Source: Candidatus Zixiibacteriota bacterium (GTDB lineage Bacteria > RBG-13-66-14 > B26-G2 > WVWN01). From it: a DNA stretch of 22,168 bases. The notes under the pieces were generated by a model. It worked only from the letters and a program-made list of their open reading frames with translations, was not told where the DNA came from and made no database searches. Location: positions 1-22,168 of the forward strand of contig JASFLY010000038.1 of NCBI GenBank assembly GCA_050117845.1, written 5' to 3'. The translations under genes were made by a program, and so were the position numbers. Shown here one piece after another: positions 1 through 7,093 of this stretch; within the stretch, counting starts at the first letter, position 1, and each line of letters starts with the position of its first letter.

Positions 1-24
1 GAGATAGGGCTAAACCGGCATTTT

Positions 25-52
25 GTAGGGGCGTAAGGCCTTGCGCCCCTAC
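25..52. repeat. GTAG-family REP-like palindrome (copy 1)
   Basis: GTAGGGGCGTAAGGCCTTGCGCCCCTAC is a 28-bp near-perfect palindrome with GTAG/CTAC ends. Confidence 0.8.
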
Positions 53-221
53 CGACGCCCCCGGCCCGCGCGCCGGCCAATCCCAAACCCTTATGATTTA
101 GGAAAATAATGCCCCCCGGAAGGGGGGGGTTATTGATATTCCGTACGGCCGGCCGGCGGCCCGCCCCGTGACCCACATGATTTAGGAAAATAATTCCGAG
201 ATAGGGCTAAACCGGCATTTT

Positions 222-249
222 GTAGGGGCGTAAGGCCTTGCGCCCCTAC
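222..249. repeat. GTAG-family REP-like palindrome (copy 2)
   Basis: Identical to 25-52. Confidence 0.8.
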
Positions 250-317
250 CGACGCCCCCGGCCCGCGCGCCGGCCAATCCCAAACCCTTATGATTTCGGA
301 AAATAATCCCCGAGAAT

Positions 318-345
318 GTGGAAGCGCAAGGCCCTACGCCCCCAC
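318..345 (-). repeat. Degenerate inverted REP-like copy
   Basis: GTGGAAGCGCAAGGCCCTACGCCCCCAC matches the reverse complement of 25-52 at 23/28 positions. Confidence 0.65.
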
Positions 346-448
346 CACACGGGAGGAGAATAATCCCAAGCGCTATATTAATAGGCGTCTAACGATAAGC
401 AAATCCGGCCAATAACGTCTATATATAGCAATACGCACTCAATTGTTA

Positions 449-476
449 TTGACATTGTAGAATTGCGACTTATTAT
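449..476 (+). promoter_or_regulatory. Putative sigma70 promoter
   Basis: TTGACA-N16-TATTAT upstream of the ORF at 528. Confidence 0.55.
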
Positions 477-527
477 ACCGTATCAAGAACGGTTGGGGTG
501 TCGGCATTTTTTAACGAAGGAGGATCT

Positions 528-1040
528 ATGCGTAGGGTATTGGTTATAGGTATTCTATTCCTCGCCGTGTCGAGCGCGTACGCGAACGGGACCGTGCTAC
601 GCAACGCGTGCCGGGAAGACCATACGGGACCCGTCGCTGTACCCGAGGGCGAAAAAATCGGGATGATCGCGGGATACGAATGCTTCGGCCTGTTCCTCGA
701 CGACGGCGGCTACGGCACGAGCCAGGCCACCCTCGACGAAATGGAAGACATGAACGAAGATTACCAGGATAACGAATTCGACCCCCGGCAAACGGAGGCG
801 TCGGCTATCTACGCGTGGTTAAAAGCCACCCACGAAATCGACAACGGTTCCAATAGCGAATATTGTTATTACTGCAGCGACTACCATACGATGGCGGAAT
901 ACGAGGCCTTGCGCGACGCGAAGGTGGACCGGCTGAACGAACTCAGCGACGAAATCGACGACGAATGGTGCGACCTCGTCGACGAAATTCGGGCCATGAT
1001 ATCGGACGACGCTTACGAGGATTACATGGACTCGTTTTAA
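528..1040 (+). CDS. Secreted, highly acidic hypothetical protein with several Cys
   Basis: AAGGAGG RBS before ATG 528 (preferred to GTG 498). Signal peptide MRRVLVIGILFLAVSSAYA. D/E-rich mature part. Confidence 0.8.
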   Translation: MRRVLVIGILFLAVSSAYANGTVLRNACREDHTGPVAVPEGEKIGMIAGYECFGLFLDDGGYGTSQATLDEMEDMNEDYQDNEFDPRQTEASAIYAWLKATHEIDNGSNSEYCYYCSDYHTMAEYEALRDAKVDRLNELSDEIDDEWCDLVDEIRAMISDDAYEDYMDSF

Positions 1041-1067
1041 CGGTAACCCGGCACGTCGCCGTTATAT

Positions 1068-1097
1068 AAAACGCCCCCTCTCACGAGGGGGCTTTTA
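1068..1097. terminator. Intrinsic terminator (left flank of the AT-rich cassette)
   Basis: AAAAC-GCCCCCTC-TCAC-GAGGGGGC-TTTT. Confidence 0.8.
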
Positions 1098-1099
1098 AC

Positions 1100-1128
1100 T
1101 TGACACAAGTAAATTAGGATACTAATAT
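1100..1128 (+). promoter_or_regulatory. Putative sigma70 promoter of the ATPase-PIN pair
   Basis: TTGACA-N17-TAATAT, followed by a GAGGAG RBS. Confidence 0.6.
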
Positions 1129-1148
1129 GAAAGCGAGGAGACGTTAAT

Positions 1149-2510
1149 ATGATAATCAATGAATTATTAATAGAAAACGTACGGTGTTTCGCTCGCCGCG
1201 AAATAATCGAGATCAAACCGATAACTTTACTAGTAGGTAAAAATAGTACGGGGAAAACTACGTTACTCGCAACTTTAGCCGCTTTGTCCGCAGGTAAACC
1301 TCTACTCTTTAGGCCCGATTTTAACGTAGGACCGTTCAATTTAGGGTCATTCGATAATATTGTTACAAACTTCGACGGTAAAGGGGGTAAGAAAAACTAT
1401 ATTAATTTAGGCGTTTTAGGGGTTTATGAGGAGACGGAATTTATATATTTAGCCGAATATAAGAAGCATAAAAGAGAATTAGGCCCTATTTTAAATAAAG
1501 CAATACTGAAAGCAAAAATAATGAGGATGGCTATCCGAAGGAATTCTGCTGATAAATTTACTGTAGAATTTCATTTTAGCAAGGATGGTACGAATATTTA
1601 CGACAAATTAGCTTGGAACAACATAGCGAATCCCGAAAAGCGCAAATTAAAGAGATTCTCCCATACTTTCGATGTGCCCATCGAGACTTTTAATATGATG
1701 ACGCCTGATGCGTTATTATATCCCATTATAACCGGTAGCCTGGAAGATATTAAACGAGAAAAAAGCGAAAAAGAAATACAGACAATCAACAAAATAAAAG
1801 ATAATCTGCCGGTTTTCGGTTTCCCGTTCGAATTCCCGCAACTCGCTTCGGGCACGTTAAACGTTGCGCCTATCCGGAGTAAACCAGAACGGACATACGA
1901 AACATATAAAAAGAAGGTAACTTCTGAGGGAACCCATATTCCGTTTTTGATCGAGGCTGACTCCCGGACCAAAAAGACGCTCTTAATAAACGCCCTCAAT
2001 GAGTTCGGCAAAACGAGCGGTCTGTATACATTATTAGACGTTAAACAATTAGGCAGCCCAAAAGGAAATAGATTCGAATTAATGGTAAGTATAAACGGGC
2101 CGGGTCGAAATATCGTAGATGTAGGTTACGGCGTATCCCAAGTCCTCCCCGTAATCGTAGAAGCCCTTCAATGCCCTGACGGCGCAATAATGACCCTCCA
2201 ACAACCTGAAGTCCACCTTCACCCAGAAGCCCAGGCAGCTATCGGTACGTTATTAGCGGTTATAGCCGGGGACAGGGATAAGGCTTTCGTAATAGAAACA
2301 CATAGCGATTTCATCGTTGACCGGATACGAATCGAAATATCAAAAGGGAATATCAAACCCGATGACGTTTCGGTATTATTCCTCGATTTAAAAGACGACT
2401 CAGCGGCAGTTAACCGGTTACGGTTAAACGAAAAAGGAACCTTTGTCCGTCAACCCGCTTCGTATAGGGATTTTTTCCTGAGAGAAGCTCACGATTTATT
2501 GAGGAAATAA
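1149..2510 (+). CDS. ABC-type (AAA_15/AAA_21-like) ATPase with DUF3696-like C-terminus
   Basis: N-terminal IENVRCF, Walker A GKNSTGKT, signature-like VGYGVSQVLPVI, Walker B/D-loop LQQPEVHLHP, H-loop ETHSDF, C-terminal LNEKGTF..P...DFF. Markedly AT-rich. Confidence 0.85.
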   Translation: MIINELLIENVRCFARREIIEIKPITLLVGKNSTGKTTLLATLAALSAGKPLLFRPDFNVGPFNLGSFDNIVTNFDGKGGKKNYINLGVLGVYEETEFIYLAEYKKHKRELGPILNKAILKAKIMRMAIRRNSADKFTVEFHFSKDGTNIYDKLAWNNIANPEKRKLKRFSHTFDVPIETFNMMTPDALLYPIITGSLEDIKREKSEKEIQTINKIKDNLPVFGFPFEFPQLASGTLNVAPIRSKPERTYETYKKKVTSEGTHIPFLIEADSRTKKTLLINALNEFGKTSGLYTLLDVKQLGSPKGNRFELMVSINGPGRNIVDVGYGVSQVLPVIVEALQCPDGAIMTLQQPEVHLHPEAQAAIGTLLAVIAGDRDKAFVIETHSDFIVDRIRIEISKGNIKPDDVSVLFLDLKDDSAAVNRLRLNEKGTFVRQPASYRDFFLREAHDLLRK

Positions 2511-2981
2511 ATGGCGGTTATAGTAGATAACGACGTGGTTCATGAAGTTTTCGGCGACCAACCTTCATTCGTTTCATTAAGAGATTGGTTGTTCGAGAAA
2601 AAATACGCGAAATTAGCTTACGGGGGTATATTAAAAACCCAAATACTACGGCATCGGAAATATAGGGAATACTTAACCGAATTGGACCGCGCTGGTAAAA
2701 TTGTAGATATCCCTTCGACAGATATTCGCTTAGAAAAGAAAATGTTCGAATGTAATTCAGACGATCCCGATATCATCGCTATTGTCAGACTTAAGGGAAT
2801 AAGGTTAGTTAGCACGAGGGACGGGGCATTGAAACACGACCTAGGTAGAAAACGGCTTACGCAACCGGTGAAAAGACGTTGTACGAGGCCGAGTTGTAAG
2901 GCCGATTGTAAGGTGAAAATATATAACGAAACTAATGCCCGTAGTTTATTAAGTAAATACGGTAGATGCGAATATAGATAA
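2511..2981 (+). CDS. PIN-domain-like protein (putative nuclease effector) with Cys-rich basic tail
   Basis: ATG abuts the ATPase stop (TAAATG). VIVDND, SDDPDIIAIV and LVSTRDGALKHD match PIN acidic motifs. Tail CTRPSCKADC. Confidence 0.6.
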   Translation: MAVIVDNDVVHEVFGDQPSFVSLRDWLFEKKYAKLAYGGILKTQILRHRKYREYLTELDRAGKIVDIPSTDIRLEKKMFECNSDDPDIIAIVRLKGIRLVSTRDGALKHDLGRKRLTQPVKRRCTRPSCKADCKVKIYNETNARSLLSKYGRCEYR

Positions 2982-2999
2982 GCCTCTTGGCGTAAAGCT

Positions 3000-3028
3000 A
3001 AAACCCCCTCTCCCGAGGGGGCGTTTTT
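3000..3028. terminator. Bidirectional terminator (right flank of the cassette)
   Basis: AAAA-CCCCCTC-TCCC-GAGGGGG-CGTTTTT between convergent genes. Confidence 0.8.
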
Positions 3029-3043
3029 ATTAATAATTAAAAT

Positions 3044-3071
3044 ATACGGGCGTACAGCAGTACGCCCCTAC
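3044..3071 (-). repeat. GTAG-family REP-like palindrome overlapping the peptidase stop codon
   Basis: Minus strand reads GTAG-GGGCGTAC-TGCT-GTACGCCC-GTAT. Confidence 0.65.
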
Positions 3072-4654
3072 CGCAACTCGTCGTAGCGGGCCTGGTAATC
3101 CGCGATGAGGTAATCCGGGTTCAGGCCCTCCTCGTATCCGATGTACTGCAGCATCTCGCCGAGCGTCCAGCTGTCGCCGCGCGAGAAGAGGTCCCGGAAG
3201 AACTCCCCGGCCGCCGGGTCCTTGTACCACCGCTCGCCGAAGCGCTCCCGTACCTCGGCCCGCAGCTGGGCCATGCCGTAGTAGGCCGCCATATAATAGA
3301 GCGCGTAGAAGCCCTCGTCGACGATGAGGTAGTTCCCCTCAATTCGGGCTTCGTATTTGGGGAAGAGGCGCTGTTTGTCCCCCTCGGCCTCGTAGTACGC
3401 GAGCGGGTCCTCCACCTCGCCCGAGTGTATGGCCTCGTCGTAGAAGACCTCGAAGGCCGTGCTCCGCGCCAGGGCCATGTCGACTATGAGCGTGTACGCG
3501 AGGTACTCGTCGACCGCGTCCTCCGGCATGTCGAGCTCCTCCAAAAGGAAGGTGCGGTCGTTGAACATGCTCTCGAAGAATATGGCGTAGGTCTCGGTCA
3601 GTTCGTTGGAGCCGAGCATCCGGAATTCGTACGGGAGTTCCGGATCGGTGTACGCGGCGTGGACCGCGTGGCCGAACTCGTGGAACGCGGCACGGTAGTC
3701 GTCCACGCCGCCCGTCGGCTTCAGGTTGACGCGGATGTCGTGCGGCGCGTCGAAGCCCCAGCACGCCGCCCGCGGCTCCTTCTCCGGCCGGTCCTCGTCG
3801 TCCACCGTAACGTTGTCCAACTCGCGGACGTCCATCCCCACGCCCGCGTAAAAGTCGTACGTGAACTCCAGGAAGGTCTCCTTGGGAAAGTACGAGTCGA
3901 AGTCCTTGCCCCAGTAAACGTTCTTCGATTCCCAGGGCGGCGTATCGCCCGGGTCTTTCCCGTAGAGTTCCCGGCAGCGGGCGGTCACGAGTCCCTTGTA
4001 CATCGGGAACGTAGCGTCGCGGAACTTCCGCGCCTGGGCCGCCGGAACGCCCGGCTCGTAGCCGAGCATCTGGTAGTAGAAGTCGGCGTAGCTCTCGTAG
4101 CCCGAGGCCCGGGTGGACTCGTGGTGCGTGCGGAGCCGTTCCCGGCGCAAGGGATTCATTACGTTGATATCGTAGCTATAGCGGGCGAAGTACAAATTCA
4201 TATAGAGGTCCGGGTCGTCGGTCTCGCGGGAGACGAAGTAGATGTTGCGGATGGGGATGGCCTCGTCGAAGCCGTTCACCCAGATGTGATCGGCGGCCAT
4301 GTGGTTCTCCATCTCGTCTTCCAGCGGCATGACCTTCTCGGCCTCGTATGTCGTCGCGAGGTCGCGATACAGGTAATGGAGGACCCGACGCTCGGTGGGG
4401 TCCGTGGCCGCGTCGCGCTTCTGTTTCAGGAAGGCCACGAGTTCCGGGTCGTTGGAGAGGTAGGAATATTTCTCCAGCAGGCCGGCGATGTCCACTTCCT
4501 TGCCGTAGACCGAGTTGTCCCACCCGGCCTGACACCATTCCCGTATAAGCTGGGTGTTGTCTTCACGAATCTTCTCGAGGTCGTACTCGGCCGAGGCCGT
4601 GAGCGCCGTCCCGGCCAGAACGCCGATAGATAACCATAGAACGAATCTGCGCAT
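3068..4654 (-). CDS. Secreted M3/M32-like gluzincin metallopeptidase
   Basis: HEFGH zinc motif with downstream ELTETYAIFFE, plus RPEKEPRAAC. Signal peptide MRRFVLWLSIGVLAGTALTASA from ATG 4654. Confidence 0.8.
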   Translation of the reverse strand: MRRFVLWLSIGVLAGTALTASAEYDLEKIREDNTQLIREWCQAGWDNSVYGKEVDIAGLLEKYSYLSNDPELVAFLKQKRDAATDPTERRVLHYLYRDLATTYEAEKVMPLEDEMENHMAADHIWVNGFDEAIPIRNIYFVSRETDDPDLYMNLYFARYSYDINVMNPLRRERLRTHHESTRASGYESYADFYYQMLGYEPGVPAAQARKFRDATFPMYKGLVTARCRELYGKDPGDTPPWESKNVYWGKDFDSYFPKETFLEFTYDFYAGVGMDVRELDNVTVDDEDRPEKEPRAACWGFDAPHDIRVNLKPTGGVDDYRAAFHEFGHAVHAAYTDPELPYEFRMLGSNELTETYAIFFESMFNDRTFLLEELDMPEDAVDEYLAYTLIVDMALARSTAFEVFYDEAIHSGEVEDPLAYYEAEGDKQRLFPKYEARIEGNYLIVDEGFYALYYMAAYYGMAQLRAEVRERFGERWYKDPAAGEFFRDLFSRGDSWTLGEMLQYIGYEEGLNPDYLIADYQARYDELR

Positions 4655-4928
4655 TTTAACCGCCTTTGAGTAGCGTTTAGCTTCGTTATTATACATATTA
4701 CGCGAAATCATATTTTAACACGTTTCCGCGCGGGGCGCCATATTTAAGGAGGGGGCCGGCGCGCCGTTACGGGTGATTAAACCCTCCGGATATGATACGA
4801 TTCTAATACCCACGGAGACGCGGCCCGGCTCGGCCCTTTCTTCGTACGGAACCCGAAGGCCGCCTTCACGTAAAAATAAGAAAACCGGCCCCCACGACTC
4901 CGGAATCCACGGGTGTTACGATAGCCCT

Positions 4929-4957
4929 TTGACGCTGCCGCGGCCTTATGATATGAT
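4929..4957 (+). promoter_or_regulatory. Putative sigma70 promoter (extended -10)
   Basis: TTGACG-N17-TATGAT with TGn. Confidence 0.65.
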
Positions 4958-5016
4958 GGCGCGCGGTCCGTTGGTAACAGCAATAATCCAATCCTTTTTC
5001 GTAGGAGGCTACACAG

Positions 5017-5688
5017 ATGAAATGGGTAACGATAGCCGTACTCGGCCTCGCGTTGGCCACGACGGCATTGGCCGGCGATAACACCAATAAGATAATTAAA
5101 ACGAAGATTTCCGGCCCGGGCGACGGCCAGCCCTTCGAAGGCATCGTGAACGACGACGCCGGCGATCCGCTCCTCGTCCTCAAATGCTCGGAACTCGAGA
5201 TGGGCAAGAAGAACGTCGAGATCCGTTGGCTCGACCCGGAGCACATGCCCAAGGCCGAAGACAAATTATATTTCACGTGGGGCGAGACGGTCAAGGAATG
5301 CGCCGTCGAGGCCAACTGCGTGGGCCTGGCCCAGCTCCGCAATTTCTACCCCGAAGGGAAATCCACCATTACGGTCCGCGTCGTCTTCGTGGGCCACGTG
5401 GCCAACCGCGTCAAACTCGGGACCATCAAACCCGATTACTTCATTCCGGTCGCCAACAGCCCCGGCTTCTGGGGTTCGGTCATCGACGACTCGGGCCTCA
5501 AGGGTAAAGTCGAGGAAGGCATCCAGACGCCCAAGTACCTCGACCTCTCCGAATACGGCGCCAAGGTAACGGTCGATACGAAGAACTATGAGGCCACGTT
5601 CACGTGGACCTACGACCCGGCCGACGGTTTTATCATCGAGGACGGCCAGCTGGAAATCGGCCTGATCCAGTACCAAAAACCGGAATAA
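5017..5688 (+). CDS. Secreted hypothetical protein
   Basis: AGGAGG RBS, signal peptide MKWVTIAVLGLALATTALA, strong GC3 bias. Confidence 0.8.
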   Translation: MKWVTIAVLGLALATTALAGDNTNKIIKTKISGPGDGQPFEGIVNDDAGDPLLVLKCSELEMGKKNVEIRWLDPEHMPKAEDKLYFTWGETVKECAVEANCVGLAQLRNFYPEGKSTITVRVVFVGHVANRVKLGTIKPDYFIPVANSPGFWGSVIDDSGLKGKVEEGIQTPKYLDLSEYGAKVTVDTKNYEATFTWTYDPADGFIIEDGQLEIGLIQYQKPE

Positions 5689-5698
5689 TAACTACTAC

Positions 5699-5723
5699 AA
5701 AAGGGGCCTTCGGGCCCCTTTTT
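5699..5723 (+). terminator. Intrinsic terminator
   Basis: AAAA-GGGGCC-TTCG-GGCCCC-TTTTT. Confidence 0.9.
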
Positions 5724-5725
5724 AG

Positions 5726-5754
5726 TTGACTCGCAACCCGTTTTCTGCTATTCT
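5726..5754 (+). promoter_or_regulatory. Putative sigma70 promoter
   Basis: TTGACT-N17-TATTCT with TGn. Confidence 0.55.
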
Positions 5755-5917
5755 GTCAACGGATGGATTTATAGTTTTACTTGGTATCGGTTTTGGGGTT
5801 GTTGTTTGGAGGGTATGACGGGGCGGCAAGTATGTTCAGTTTGTTATTTCCCTACATTCTGAAAAACCCCGGGTCTATCCCGGGGCGCTGGACCGCCTCG
5901 GCCTTGACAGGCGGAGG

Positions 5918-6475
5918 ATGAGTATGTCACCACAGGTAGAGAAGAACCCCGTAACAACCGACGAGAGGTTGAAGACTCTACGCACGAAGGCGTACGTTAA
6001 CTTCGGGCGGGAGTTTCTGCGTTCGGGGCGGTATACGCAAGCGCTGTCGGCTTTCGAGGAAGCCATCGAAAACGACCCGCTGGATATACGCGCCCGAACC
6101 GGGAAGAGCCTGGCGTTGACTCGTCTGGGCAAGTACGACGACGCGCTGGCGGCGGCCCACGACATCTTCGGCATCGAGGTCGACAGCCCCCACGCCTTCA
6201 ACGCCCAGGCCGTGTGCTATCACGCCATGGGCCTCCTGGCCGAAGCCCGCACCGCCTTCGAGAGGTCGGTGGAAATCGGGCCGGACATCCCGGTCAACCT
6301 CTACAACTTCGCGTGCTACTGGGCGTCGTTGGGCGATAAGGGCCGGTGCCGGGAATATCTCTCCCGGGCGATAGAACTCGACCCCCAGCTCAACGTCCTG
6401 GCCGCGACCGACGTCGACTTCAAGCCGTTCCGCACCGAGGACTGGTTCCTCGATCTGGTGGCCTTTAAGCAGTAA
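5918..6475 (+). CDS. TPR protein with C-terminal TPR end-of-group-like segment (start may be ATG 5924)
   Basis: TPR repeats, YNFACYWA...AIELDP...ATDVDF. Paralog of 15097-15645. Confidence 0.85.
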   Translation: MSMSPQVEKNPVTTDERLKTLRTKAYVNFGREFLRSGRYTQALSAFEEAIENDPLDIRARTGKSLALTRLGKYDDALAAAHDIFGIEVDSPHAFNAQAVCYHAMGLLAEARTAFERSVEIGPDIPVNLYNFACYWASLGDKGRCREYLSRAIELDPQLNVLAATDVDFKPFRTEDWFLDLVAFKQ

Positions 6476-6555
6476 TCGGCGACTCGCCGGGGACCCGCCA
6501 GGACCGTTTTAATAGGATAATCAAACCGAACCGACAACGTTCGGGATCGGACGTT

Positions 6556-6579
6556 AGGGCCGCGCCGGCGGCCCTTTTT
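6556..6579 (+). terminator. Intrinsic terminator
   Basis: AGGGCCGC-GCCG-GCGGCCCT-TTTT. Confidence 0.8.
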
Positions 6580-6581
6580 CG

Positions 6582-6610
6582 TTGACAAGGCATACCATTC
6601 AAGTTAACAT
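6582..6610 (+). promoter_or_regulatory. Putative sigma70 promoter
   Basis: TTGACA-N17-TAACAT. Confidence 0.65.
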
Positions 6611-6624
6611 CCTTCTCTGGAGAG

Positions 6625-7011
6625 ATGAAACCCTCGCTCGACGAACAGATCACACGCGAATTCGCCGAATACGTCGGCAAGCCTTTGGCGCCGGGAGAAA
6701 TGGAAATCGGCACCAAGGAAGACGGGACGCCCATAACTCGCTCTTTCGATCTCGTCTCGGACGACAATTCGGTCGTAGGCTCCATCCAAACGTCGTGCTT
6801 GCATCTCAAGTCGCGGCCGGGCCAGAAAGCCTACGGCAGTTTGTACCGCGTAATGGGCGCCCTACTCTACCTCCACCTCTGCACAAAATGCGAAGCTCGG
6901 TATCTCATCATCAGCGACCGCGACATGTTCGAGGAAATTACCTCGGAATTCGCGACGATTTTTAAGGACATCACCATCCTCCTCTGGGACGACGTGAAGG
7001 TGGAGCGTTGA
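6625..7011 (+). CDS. Small protein with degenerate PD-(D/E)xK-like fold
   Basis: SFDLVSDDNSVVGSIQTS resembles FD(L)...(E)xK motifs II/III. Has its own promoter. Confidence 0.5.
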   Translation: MKPSLDEQITREFAEYVGKPLAPGEMEIGTKEDGTPITRSFDLVSDDNSVVGSIQTSCLHLKSRPGQKAYGSLYRVMGALLYLHLCTKCEARYLIISDRDMFEEITSEFATIFKDITILLWDDVKVER

Positions 7012-7093
7012 CCCGATTGCGGCACGGCCGCCCTTGCCGGTAGCCCCGCGTTTCAAACCCATAAAAATCTAAACTTTAACCGAAGGTTATACT

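Larger units (their letters stand above)
1..307. repeat. Direct repeat, 197-bp period (1-110 = 198-307, one mismatch); may extend left of the window
   Basis: GAGATAGGGCTAAACCGG...ATGATTT(A/C)GGAAAATAAT occurs twice. The sub-motif ATGATTTAGGAAAATAAT also occurs at 177-194. Confidence 0.95.

Noticed and set aside
1..345. CRISPR array
   Set aside because: The 28-bp palindromes sit inside a duplicated 110-bp block, with no regular unique spacers and no cas genes.
3425..4633. 402-aa plus-strand ORF
   Set aside because: Antisense shadow of the peptidase, expected from high GC3 codon bias.
4740..4925. Possible ncRNA or riboswitch in the divergent intergenic region
   Set aside because: No recognisable conserved motif or convincing structure by eye. 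An Rfam/Infernal search would be needed.
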